Made by a program: the position numbers and the translations under genes. DNA of 56,506 nt from a virus. Below the pieces are notes generated by a model, which worked only from the letters and a program-made list of their open reading frames with translations, was not told where the DNA came from and made no database searches. The stretch lies in IMG/VR virus record IMGVR_UViG_3300029951_000034; one strand, 5' to 3'. This document shows positions 9,175-16,813 of the stretch, in pieces (the first letter of the stretch is position 1; each line of letters opens with the position of its first letter).

Positions 9175-9669
9175 GTGAAACGACTGACCCCCATAGCGAT
9201 CTTCGGATTGATAGTCAGTTTTCTTTTCTTTGGTCCGGTCGTCCGCGCCCAGACATCCAGCGCCATCGTGGTTTCGGCCTGCGGTACGCCGCCAGTGACC
9301 TATGTTGTTGGCCAGGCCTACCCGCAAACACAGACAGCGGGTGGGGTGGCCTGCGGCGGCTCTGGAGGCGGAGGAAGTTCGTCCATCACCTCGACCGTCC
9401 TCCCCACCGGCGCCACCAACAACCCCACCACCCAAGTCACCGTCACCACCTCCTCCACGACGCTGGTCGCCGCCAGAGCCGGCCGCGCGCTGCTGACCGT
9501 GCAGAACAACGGCACGAACCCCGAGTGGGTTGGCCCGTGTCCAGCCGTCGCATCGACTGGCTTGGAGATTTACCCCAACGGCGGCTCAATCACCTATCCC
9601 TCGGCCGCCCAGTGGTGCGGCATCGCGACGGGCGGCTCAAATTCGAACAGCACGTTGGAAATTTACTGA
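9175..9669 (+). CDS. small protein with an N-terminal Sec-type signal peptide (164 aa)
   Basis: GTG start 6 nt after GAGGAG. MKRLTPIAIFGLIVSFLFFGPVVRA/QT has a charged n-region, a hydrophobic core and a VRA-Q site. The rest is Thr/Ser/Gly-rich. Confidence 0.6.
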   Translation: MKRLTPIAIFGLIVSFLFFGPVVRAQTSSAIVVSACGTPPVTYVVGQAYPQTQTAGGVACGGSGGGGSSSITSTVLPTGATNNPTTQVTVTTSSTTLVAARAGRALLTVQNNGTNPEWVGPCPAVASTGLEIYPNGGSITYPSAAQWCGIATGGSNSNSTLEIY

Positions 9670-12029
9670 TGCGTCACCTCATCCTCGCTTCAGCATTTCT
9701 CACACTGGCGGCTTTCGGTGCTCATGCCCAGAATGTTGGCGTGGGTGGTATCTCGAATCCCCCCGGCCTCAACCCCAACGGCGGCGACGCCTCGGCGACG
9801 ACGGTGAGAGCAACTGGCGTGAGCGCGCCTTATGCGGCCTCTCTGGCGAACCTCGCGGCGCAATCCGGCGTCCTGCTGGACACGTTCGCACAATCCGGGG
9901 ACGCGGACGACACGGCCTCCATGACGCGCGCCGTGGCCGCTGGCGTTCCGATCCTGCTTGGGCCGCGCACCTACACGATCAACAATTTTTCCACCGGCGC
10001 CGTTGCCCAATTCATCCTTCGCGGCATTCCCGGCGCGAGCGTCATTCAGCGCACAGCGGCCAGTGGAAGCCATTTTTTCAGCATCGCCGCGACGTCAGTC
10101 TATATCGACGGCGTGACGTTCGATAGCAACAAGGCATCCGTCACGGCAAATCAGTGGGGCGTTCTGATGAACGCGGGGGGGCAAACTGTATTCGTTCAAA
10201 ACTCCAAGTTTGAGAATAATAGCGGCACAATCGGAAGCTGTTTTGCAATGCTTGGGACTGGCCCTGCTGCGGGCGGCGGTGTCACATTCAAAAACAATGA
10301 AGTTACTGGATGTACGTTTGACTCAGTCTATTTCGGGTCTGTGACAAACGGCGTTGTGGACGGAAACTACGTCCACGACAACACAGGCTTAGGGATATTT
10401 GCCGGCTCCTATCTATCAGCCAGTAGCACAAATTATCTATCAAACTTTATAATTTCCCATAACCGTTCCGTCAGGAACACGACGAATATCGCAATAGGTG
10501 GCTTCGGGCCTCCATACACCTATGGCACACCTTCAGCGGTTAATGTCCTGTCCGAAGCAAACTGGATGCAAGACGCGTCGGCATCGAGCTACAATTTGTC
10601 GATGCAAGGGGACCATTTGCAGTCGGTAGCCGATGTCATAACAGCCGCCACGACGACCGCCCTCGGCGGCATCGACTGCAACTCACGGTATGTATCAATT
10701 TCTCTGGCAAGCATCAATCTTCCTGGGTCTGGTTATGGGATAGACTGCGGGGGCGCGGTTCAGGCAAGCATACAGACCAATACTGTCACAATGACATCTG
10801 GAACCGCTCTGGATGTGGGGGGGACACAATACAGCATAGTCCAGGCGAACACGTTAAATCTATCTGGAACCGCGATAGGTGCTGTCATATACGAAGTGGA
10901 GGGTGATGGGAGCGGAAATGCCTTCCCAACAATTCAGTCCGGCCTAACCTTGCAGGACAACATATTTAACATTTCTGGATCATCGGCGACCGGAATTGAT
11001 TTGTTCGATAATGCTGGCGGTAGGACTGGATCATTTCCAACGCTCATACTAAACAACAAATTTAACGTATCAGGAAGTGGATCTGGGCCATTCCAGGATA
11101 TAACTTATTTCGGGGGAAATAGCTCAATTGTCATTCAGGGAAATTATCATAACGGAACAACAACGACATTCTCAGACCCTCAGCCGGACGGTGACGTGCA
11201 GTATGACAACGTATGGGACGGAGTCCAGGGTGTGTCGTCAACGGCGTCTATTCGCTCATTTGTCCCGATTTATATCGCTACGTATGGCGCGGGCGGCAGC
11301 ATCCTCTACGTAGAAACAGCGACGGGCGGGAGCGGTTATGTTGCTACTACTACCACGATGGCGTGCAGTGGAACCGGCGGTGGTAGTGGCTGGGTGGGCA
11401 CGGCCTCGATAAACGCCGGCGTAATCTTGGGAGTTAAGACGACGGCGCACGGCTCAGGGTATTCCGGAACTCTGAGTTGCAGCGCCACCGATACAAGTGG
11501 GGGGACGGGAGCTACCTTTACGGTATCTAATATTCCTCAACTTCCTGGCTTGAAAGACTTTTATTGGAACGATGTTGCTGGGAATTTGATAGAGATCGCT
11601 GGGGGGTATATCTCAATTTCAGGGCTTGGCGGTGCGTTTCCCATGGGGCCCAATCAGCGCCTCAGTCTAAGAAGTGCGGGGGGGTTTAACTGGCAAGTGG
11701 TGGCCTCCCTTCCAGTCTCTACCGCGCCCACAATCTCAAGCGGCTTCGGCACGGGCGCGTCGCGAACCGTCAGCAATGGCCCTCTTTCATTCAACATCAA
11801 TGTTGGAACGGGGGGCGCGGCATCAACGGGCGTAATTGGTCTTCCTACAGCTAGCACGGGGTGGACTTGCAGTGTAACCGATATCACCAGCAAGAGCGCG
11901 GCGGTATCAAGCACGCAGATGACCGCTAGCACCACCAACACGGCAACAATCGGAAATTTCACTGACATTTCGACCAGCGGGCCGTGGAATGCGGGCGACA
12001 ACTTACGTATTTCGTGTACGCCCCAATGA
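9669..12029 (+). CDS. 786-aa beta-helix (tailspike/pectin-lyase-fold-like) protein with an N-terminal Sec-type signal peptide
   Basis: TGATG overlap with 9175..9669. MRHLILASAFLTLAAFGAHA/QN signal-like N-terminus. GDADDTASMTRAVAAGVPILLGPRTYTINNF is followed by many short N/G-rich beta-helix-type turns. The central part is markedly low in GC. The ORF-track extension to 9525 was not used. Confidence 0.65.
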   Translation: MRHLILASAFLTLAAFGAHAQNVGVGGISNPPGLNPNGGDASATTVRATGVSAPYAASLANLAAQSGVLLDTFAQSGDADDTASMTRAVAAGVPILLGPRTYTINNFSTGAVAQFILRGIPGASVIQRTAASGSHFFSIAATSVYIDGVTFDSNKASVTANQWGVLMNAGGQTVFVQNSKFENNSGTIGSCFAMLGTGPAAGGGVTFKNNEVTGCTFDSVYFGSVTNGVVDGNYVHDNTGLGIFAGSYLSASSTNYLSNFIISHNRSVRNTTNIAIGGFGPPYTYGTPSAVNVLSEANWMQDASASSYNLSMQGDHLQSVADVITAATTTALGGIDCNSRYVSISLASINLPGSGYGIDCGGAVQASIQTNTVTMTSGTALDVGGTQYSIVQANTLNLSGTAIGAVIYEVEGDGSGNAFPTIQSGLTLQDNIFNISGSSATGIDLFDNAGGRTGSFPTLILNNKFNVSGSGSGPFQDITYFGGNSSIVIQGNYHNGTTTTFSDPQPDGDVQYDNVWDGVQGVSSTASIRSFVPIYIATYGAGGSILYVETATGGSGYVATTTTMACSGTGGGSGWVGTASINAGVILGVKTTAHGSGYSGTLSCSATDTSGGTGATFTVSNIPQLPGLKDFYWNDVAGNLIEIAGGYISISGLGGAFPMGPNQRLSLRSAGGFNWQVVASLPVSTAPTISSGFGTGASRTVSNGPLSFNINVGTGGAASTGVIGLPTASTGWTCSVTDITSKSAAVSSTQMTASTTNTATIGNFTDISTSGPWNAGDNLRISCTPQ

Positions 12030-12115
12030 CCCCCGCATCCGCCCTCACGGCGCAGGGCTAACTGATATGAGGCGCACCATGGCTATCATCCGCAACCTGA
12101 TCGGGGGATCAAAGA

Positions 12116-12472
12116 GTGTCGCTACCATCGTCACCGCCCCCATTGTCTGGGCTTGGTTTGGTTATCGGGGGTGTCCTGTCAGCCTGCGGGGTCATCGGGG
12201 CCGGGCTGTTCGGATGGTTAGGATCGCGGCATTCAACGCGTGCACCGCTTCAGCAGGCCGTGAACGATGCCTTGCGTTTGTTGATGGAAGAATTGCAAAC
12301 CGAACATGCGCGGCTTTCTGTCCGCATCTTAGATTTGGAAGCGACCAAGCGAACGCTGATCTCGGAAAACTTGCAACTCAAGGGTGATGTGCGCCAGGCC
12401 AAGCAGATCGCCGAATCCACGGTCGCGCTCGCTCACAAGGCCGGTCTGGATGTCGATGAGAAAAAGGAGTAA
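12116..12472 (+). CDS. membrane-anchored coiled-coil protein, possibly a spanin or lysis regulator (118 aa)
   Basis: GTG start. One TM helix (LGLVIGGVLSACGVIGAGLFGWL) followed by a heptad-like helical region. It is the first gene of the lysis cluster. Confidence 0.5.
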   Translation: MSLPSSPPPLSGLGLVIGGVLSACGVIGAGLFGWLGSRHSTRAPLQQAVNDALRLLMEELQTEHARLSVRILDLEATKRTLISENLQLKGDVRQAKQIAESTVALAHKAGLDVDEKKE

Positions 12473-12480
12473 GCGGAATC

Positions 12481-12855
12481 ATGACCTGGACCTATTCGCA
12501 AGGCAGCGGTTTCCTCGATGATCCAGACGGGACGTTCTGCGGCCAGTGCTACAGCGGTCATGGCGACGGGCTGAATAACCACGCCATGGAAGCCGTCGTT
12601 GGGGTCGGACCCATCCCATGCGGGACCTACAAGATCGGCCCCGCGCGCGTCCCGATTGATCACCTTGGGCCTGTCGCCATGCCGTTGACCGTGGTGGCCT
12701 TCGACGATCCGACGATCACGCGCTCGGGCTTCTTCATGCACGGAGACAACAGCGCCATGAACCACACCGGCTCGGACGGGTGCATTGTGGCCGGCCGCGC
12801 CATCCGCGATGTCGTCGATGAAAGCGACGATGATGATTTGCTCGTCACGCCCTGA
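12481..12855 (+). CDS. putative endolysin with a YkuD/Tlde1-like (DUF2778-type) L,D-peptidase fold (124 aa)
   Basis: YSGHGDGLNN...GPIPCGTYKIG...FFMHGDNSAMNHTGSDGCIV matches the His...(S/T)xGC catalytic signature of L,D-transpeptidase-fold enzymes. It sits between membrane-protein genes. Confidence 0.6.
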   Translation: MTWTYSQGSGFLDDPDGTFCGQCYSGHGDGLNNHAMEAVVGVGPIPCGTYKIGPARVPIDHLGPVAMPLTVVAFDDPTITRSGFFMHGDNSAMNHTGSDGCIVAGRAIRDVVDESDDDDLLVTP

Positions 12856-12861
12856 GGGCTC

Positions 12862-12966
12862 ATGACCAACCGCCCCCTCTTCACGCCGATGGGCCGGATC
12901 GTGCTTATCCTGGCGTGCGTGGCGTTGGGGATCGTGATCGGAATGACGATAGGAGCCTTTCGATGA
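12862..12966 (+). CDS. 34-aa single-TM peptide
   Basis: Below the ORF-track size cutoff. MTNRPLFTPMGRIVLILACVALGIVIGMTIGAFR. Its stop overlaps the next ATG (ATGA). Confidence 0.35.
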   Translation: MTNRPLFTPMGRIVLILACVALGIVIGMTIGAFR

Positions 12967-13376
12967 CCGATGACCCGACCGGCGGGAAGCCCGCAATCAC
13001 AACGTCCAGCCAACAATTCATCATCGTTCTCGTCGTGCTGTTCATCACCATGGCGACCCTAACCATGCTGGCCGTCATCGATCCGCCGAAGGAGAACCAG
13101 ACCGTTCTCAATGTGGTCGTCGGGAACATCATGGGATGGGTGAGCGCGTCGATCGCGTTCTACTTCCCGTCCAGCGTCGGCGCCCGCGCGAAGGATGAAA
13201 CGATCGCCACCATGAGCGCCGCATTGGCCGCACCAGCTGCCGGCACAACGACCACGACCGTTCACACGGAACAATCGCCAGTGGCGCCGCTTTCTGTTAA
13301 ACTGGATGCAACCGCTGAAACGCCGGTTCCTGTGAAAGAGGTCCCGGACCCTACGTCGCCAAAGGAACCCACCTGA
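12963..13376 (+). CDS. holin-like protein with two TM helices (137 aa)
   Basis: Internal ATG with an ATGA overlap. FIIVLVVLFITMATLTMLAVI and IMGWVSASIAFYF helices, then a hydrophilic tail. Confidence 0.5.
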   Translation: MTDDPTGGKPAITTSSQQFIIVLVVLFITMATLTMLAVIDPPKENQTVLNVVVGNIMGWVSASIAFYFPSSVGARAKDETIATMSAALAAPAAGTTTTTVHTEQSPVAPLSVKLDATAETPVPVKEVPDPTSPKEPT

Positions 13377-13711
13377 TGCCCACCCTGAAGGAAGACTTCG
13401 ACGCCGCCATGACCGCCCTGCGCGGTTGGCTGTCGAGCAATGCGCCCGAACTCGCCACCCAGGCCGAGGGCGTCGTGACCGATGTCGAGACGGCCGGTAA
13501 GGCCGCCGCCGACGCCGCCGTCACATCCGCCGTTCCCGTCATCGCCCCCGAAGTCGTGCCGGTCCTCAACGGGCTTCTGGACGACGCCGACAAGGCGATT
13601 GACGACAAGCTCGCGTCCGACATCGCGGCGCTCACGGCGACGGCGGAGGAAGCCAAGGCGAAGAATGCGGCGACGCGGGCGGCAATTTCGGCGCCGACGG
13701 TGGCGGCATGA
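13376..13711 (+). CDS. hypothetical Ala-rich helical protein (111 aa)
   Basis: TGATG overlap with the upstream gene. GC-rich third positions. Confidence 0.5.
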   Translation: MPTLKEDFDAAMTALRGWLSSNAPELATQAEGVVTDVETAGKAAADAAVTSAVPVIAPEVVPVLNGLLDDADKAIDDKLASDIAALTATAEEAKAKNAATRAAISAPTVAA

Positions 13712-14046
13712 GCATCCTGACCACCATCGAAACCGACGTAAAGGATGGCATTGAAGCCGCCGAAACCGTCGTCAAGATCGCCTGGGGCGTTGTCTCTGGA
13801 ACCATCGAGGCCGACGCCAAAATGCTGATCGGTGACGCGTCCAGCCTGTTCGCCGGACTGCTTCCGGCCGAGTACGCGATCCTGAAGGGTCTGATCTCCA
13901 CCGCCGTAACCGACGTGACGACGGGCGACCTGGCCGATGTCGAGACGGCGGTTCTCAATGCGGCGAGCGCGGCAGAACAGCTTTTCGTCTCGACGATGGG
14001 ATCGGGACTGCTCAAGGCGTTTATCGCCATGGTGGCCGCGCTCTAG
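13708..14046 (+). CDS. hypothetical protein (112 aa)
   Basis: ATGA overlap with the upstream gene. Hydrophobic C-terminus (LLKAFIAMVAAL). Confidence 0.5.
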   Translation: MSILTTIETDVKDGIEAAETVVKIAWGVVSGTIEADAKMLIGDASSLFAGLLPAEYAILKGLISTAVTDVTTGDLADVETAVLNAASAAEQLFVSTMGSGLLKAFIAMVAAL

Positions 14047-14094
14047 GAACCCCACGGCCAACCCCGGCGTTCTCTGTCAAGGAGATACGCCCAA

Positions 14095-14259
14095 ATGCAC
14101 ACCGCTTTCGTGATTCTCGTCGTCGTCGGCTTCCTGTTCCACTTCATGGCCGCCGTTCCGATGACGCCCGCTCCATGGGCCGGCTGGCCCAAGCCGCTCG
14201 CGTGGCTGTGCTGGTTCATCGCCTCGATCATCTGGGCGGTTGGCGTCGGAGCGCATTGA
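14095..14259 (+). CDS. 54-aa two-TM membrane peptide
   Basis: Below the ORF-track cutoff. AAGGAGA lies 8 nt upstream. MHTAFVILVVVGFLFHF...LAWLCWFIASIIWAVGV. Confidence 0.45.
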   Translation: MHTAFVILVVVGFLFHFMAAVPMTPAPWAGWPKPLAWLCWFIASIIWAVGVGAH

Positions 14260-14365
14260 CGTGTGGCCCGGTGGCGTAATCGGCCTGATCTTGTTGATCG
14301 TGGTCGTCGTGCTCGTTCTGCGCGTGCTCTGACGTGTCAACGATCCGCCGCTTTTCTAACGGGTC

Positions 14366-14402
14366 GGGGTGGATGGGTTAAATCCGCACCACATCCACAC
14401 CC
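14366..14402. terminator. hairpin between convergent transcription units (candidate bidirectional terminator)
   Basis: GGGGTGGATG / CATCCACACCC form about 10 bp with one bulge and a 16-nt loop. A second, mutually exclusive hairpin ACCCGC/GCGGGT follows. There is no clear U-tract. Confidence 0.3.
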
Positions 14403-14510
14403 GCTTTCCGAGCGCGGGTCACCATGTCTTCCGTGCCGCGTCGGAATGACCACCAAGGAAATCGAGACCCTCGTCTTTGCGAAGGATACTTCGATCAATC
14501 CCAAGTCGAT

Positions 14511-14714
14511 TTACAATGAACTTTGGCGCCGAACGGACCTCCATCGCCAAGATGGGCGATGGTAGGCGAGTCGCTTCTCAAGGCCGGTGATCTCGCCGAT
14601 GCGGTCGGGACTTTCCTTGCGGAGCTTCGCCAGGGCGGCCTTGACGTGCTTGTAGGCCATTTCGGCGATCGGTTCGGGGCCATGCGAGCCCTCGTAGATT
14701 TCAGCTTCGGTCAT
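14511..14714 (-). CDS. hypothetical early protein (67 aa); 3' end uncertain
   Basis: Internal ATG (MTEAEIYEGSHGPEPIAEMAYKHVKAALAKLRKE...). GC3 falls in the last 20 codons or so, which also overlap a weak plus-strand ORF. Confidence 0.45.
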   Translation of the reverse strand: MTEAEIYEGSHGPEPIAEMAYKHVKAALAKLRKESPDRIGEITGLEKRLAYHRPSWRWRSVRRQSSL

Positions 14715-14944
14715 GTTCGGTGTCCCAATTCCCAAAAATCGCTTCGATGGCGGTGATGTAGAGGCGATGGAGGCTCGCCGGCCGGGACGTGGCTGGCCTT
14801 GAGCAGGTGGTTGAGATCCTGGCGTCCGGCGGCGGCAGTCATCAGATCACCAGCCGCAGGGGGATGTCGCGGACTTCGGGGCGCGCCTTGGCGGTCTCTT
14901 TGAGAGATTCCTCGAATTCCCGGAAGGCTTCGGCGGGCAGCTGC

Positions 14945-15259
14945 TCACTGGCGGCGATCCGGCGCGCCGGCCAGCAAGACGGCCTTCCTGGCATTGGCGC
15001 GCTTGCGGGCGGCGCTCATGCGGGCGCGGACCTCGGGATCGGCCCAGGCCGCCTTGCGGGCGGCGCTCATGCGGGCGCGGACCTCGGGATCGGCCAAGGC
15101 CGCCTTGCGGGCGGCGCTCATGCGGGCGCGGACCTCGGGATCGGCCCAGGCCGCCTTGCGGGCGGCGCTCATGCGGGGTGCTGTCATGTGGCAGCGACGG
15201 CAATGGCCCGGCCCCCTGGCGGCGCAAGACGCCAAGTCGAGGCAATTTGGCCGCGTCAT
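14945..15259 (-). CDS. Cys-cluster protein with four 17-aa ARMSAARKAAWADPEVR repeats, NUMOD3-like DNA-binding repeats (104 aa)
   Basis: ATGA overlap with 15256..15510. CLDLASCAARGPGHCRRCH is followed by the repeats. A second small ORF, 14842..14994, overlaps its 3' end in another frame. Confidence 0.55.
   Translation of the reverse strand: MTRPNCLDLASCAARGPGHCRRCHMTAPRMSAARKAAWADPEVRARMSAARKAALADPEVRARMSAARKAAWADPEVRARMSAARKRANARKAVLLAGAPDRRQ
15002..15176 (-). repeat. 51-bp coding tandem repeat, about 3.4 copies
   Basis: The unit cttgcgggcggcgctcatgcgggcgcggacctcgggatcggcccaggccgc. Copies differ at one dinucleotide (cc/aa). Confidence 0.9.
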
Positions 15260-15510
15260 AGTGGATTCTCCGCGCCTTCCGGCGCGCACGCCGAGCACGC
15301 CGAGCACAGATCCTTGGCCACCCACCAGCAGGGCGGATCGCAGGCGGTGAGGTCGGTGCAGCCGCAGACGCGGCAGTGGCGCTGGTGAGCCTTCGCGGCT
15401 TCGTCCATCGCCTCGCGCGCTTTGCCGTGGGCCACGGTCGCGACACCCAGGGCGCGGCGGGCGAGGATTTCGGCGTGCATGGCGGTGCGGAGGGGGGTTG
15501 GGTCGGTCAT
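15256..15510 (-). CDS. hypothetical Cys-rich protein (84 aa)
   Basis: HCRVCGCTDLTACDPPCWWVAKDLCSACSAC cluster. ATGA overlaps at both ends. Confidence 0.6.
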   Translation of the reverse strand: MTDPTPLRTAMHAEILARRALGVATVAHGKAREAMDEAAKAHQRHCRVCGCTDLTACDPPCWWVAKDLCSACSACAPEGAENPL

Positions 15511-15722
15511 TGGCCGATGAACCGTTCAATGTCCCAAATCCAGAAACGCCGAAGCATTTCTTCGTAGGAGACAAGTTTATCGTAGCGGCCCATGTCTGCA
15601 TGCAGCAGTCGGGTTCGGACTCGATACACCCACGCGTTTCTGATCAGCATGAACTGACACCAGATCAGCCCGAGAACGCAGATGCCTACTAGTCCGAACA
15701 GGAAACATAGAATTATGTTCAT
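15507..15722 (-). CDS. small membrane protein (71 aa)
   Basis: Internal ATG. MNIILCFLFGLVGICVLGLIWCQFML TM helix. The locally low GC fits a hydrophobic coding region. Confidence 0.55.
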   Translation of the reverse strand: MNIILCFLFGLVGICVLGLIWCQFMLIRNAWVYRVRTRLLHADMGRYDKLVSYEEMLRRFWIWDIERFIGQ

Positions 15723-15916
15723 CCCTCCACCTCCATCTTGCTCATCCACAACGCCGCCTCGCAGTACGTCGCCCCCGCCTTGATCGAGCCGAGGAGCTGC
15801 ATCGACTGGCGCACGTTGGCGTCGGTGACGTAGCCCATGAGGAGCGCGGATTTCAGACGAATCGCGTCGGCGCAGACACTTTCGGCGCGGGCGATGGCTT
15901 CGGGGTTGACGGTCAT
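15719..15916 (-). CDS. hypothetical protein (65 aa)
   Basis: ATGA overlaps at both ends. Confidence 0.5.
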   Translation of the reverse strand: MTVNPEAIARAESVCADAIRLKSALLMGYVTDANVRQSMQLLGSIKAGATYCEAALWMSKMEVEG

Positions 15917-16395
15917 GGCCGCACCTCGTCGAGTTGCCATTTCCAGAACGCGCCACCATCCCCCGCGCGCTCCAGAACACGAACCGCTTCCGTGCCGTCC
16001 TTTTTGACGGCGACGATATAGGCTTGGCCGATCCTGGGGAGGCCGTAGTTCTGGTTTGCCGCGCCAGGGCGTTCGCCATTTCGGCGCACGCGGACAATGC
16101 CGAAGATGCGCTTCGTGGCTGGACGCCAGGATTTGCCGGTGTTCTCATCCTTGAACACGCGCTTGCCCTCCCAAGGGTGCGAGGCCGCATTGGAAACCGC
16201 CTGATCGTAAGCAGCCTTCTTCAACATCGCGTCCTTGGAAAGCGCGTCCAGCTCGTCACGGTGCGCGTTCTGGACTTCGGAACGGGCGGCGATCGCTGCT
16301 TTCGTTGCGGCGGAATCCACATCGTTCTTGCGGCGTGTGTAGGCCACAAACGCTTGAGAGTACGCCGCGTGAAGGGTTTCGATATCGGCGCTCAC
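15913..16395 (-). CDS. hypothetical protein (160 aa)
   Basis: ORF with high GC3. Helical N-terminal half and a beta-rich C-terminal half. Confidence 0.6.
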   Translation of the reverse strand: MSADIETLHAAYSQAFVAYTRRKNDVDSAATKAAIAARSEVQNAHRDELDALSKDAMLKKAAYDQAVSNAASHPWEGKRVFKDENTGKSWRPATKRIFGIVRVRRNGERPGAANQNYGLPRIGQAYIVAVKKDGTEAVRVLERAGDGGAFWKWQLDEVRP

Positions 16396-16619
16396 CCCAC
16401 CCTCCTTGCGGCCCGATAAGCCGCCCTATCGTCCACCGTCCAGGCGTCGGTCAGGGCGCGGATGATCGTCTCGGAATGGTTGCGCAACAGGAAGGCCGTG
16501 AATTCACCGCTTCCGTATTTGCCAAAGCGCAGGAGACGATAATTCGGATGGCCGGCGAGCGTGTCCACGCCGATTTCATCGTCGGCGGTGTGGATGCTGA
16601 TAGAGACGGTGGTTCTCAT
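16392..16619 (-). CDS. hypothetical protein (75 aa)
   Basis: ORF with an ATGA overlap to the upstream mini-gene. Confidence 0.55.
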   Translation of the reverse strand: MRTTVSISIHTADDEIGVDTLAGHPNYRLLRFGKYGSGEFTAFLLRNHSETIIRALTDAWTVDDRAAYRAARRVG

Positions 16620-16744
16620 GATTTTCCCTCGGCTTTTTCAATGGCTTCCCGCGATCCCGCGCTCTCGACCCAAAGCCGAGCCTCGATTTCAGGCGCCGTG
16701 CAAGCTCCAGCGAGTTTGAGCCGGCGCAGAGCGATTTTAGCCAT
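16616..16744 (-). CDS. 42-aa chimeric mini-gene (N-terminus of 16814..17212 fused to the C-terminus of 17250..17582)
   Basis: Below the ORF-track cutoff. MAKIALRRLKLAGAC-TAPEIEARLWVESAGSREAIEKAEGKS. The DNA is built from near-identical copies of 17169..17225 and 17266..17316. Confidence 0.4.
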   Translation of the reverse strand: MAKIALRRLKLAGACTAPEIEARLWVESAGSREAIEKAEGKS

Positions 16745-16813
16745 TTTGGTTGTCCTCTGTGTGAGCAATAGCGCTCAATCCTGGCCCTGGCTCACCAGGG
16801 ACAAGACAGAAAG

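Noticed and set aside
5156-12029. Diversity-generating retroelement or invertase-driven fibre switching as the explanation for the repeated fibre sequences
   Set aside because: No reverse transcriptase ORF (no YxDD motif) exists anywhere in the window. The repeats are in-frame structural modules rather than template/variable pairs with adenine-specific differences. The only recombinase is 22 kb away and I saw no inverted repeats flanking the fibre segments.
14263-14565. 100-aa plus-strand ORF crossing the convergent intergenic region
   Set aside because: Most of it covers hairpin-rich sequence with no RBS. Only its last ~39 codons (from ATG 14447) look at all protein-like, and they overlap the 3' end of the minus-strand gene. 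The evidence is too weak to call.
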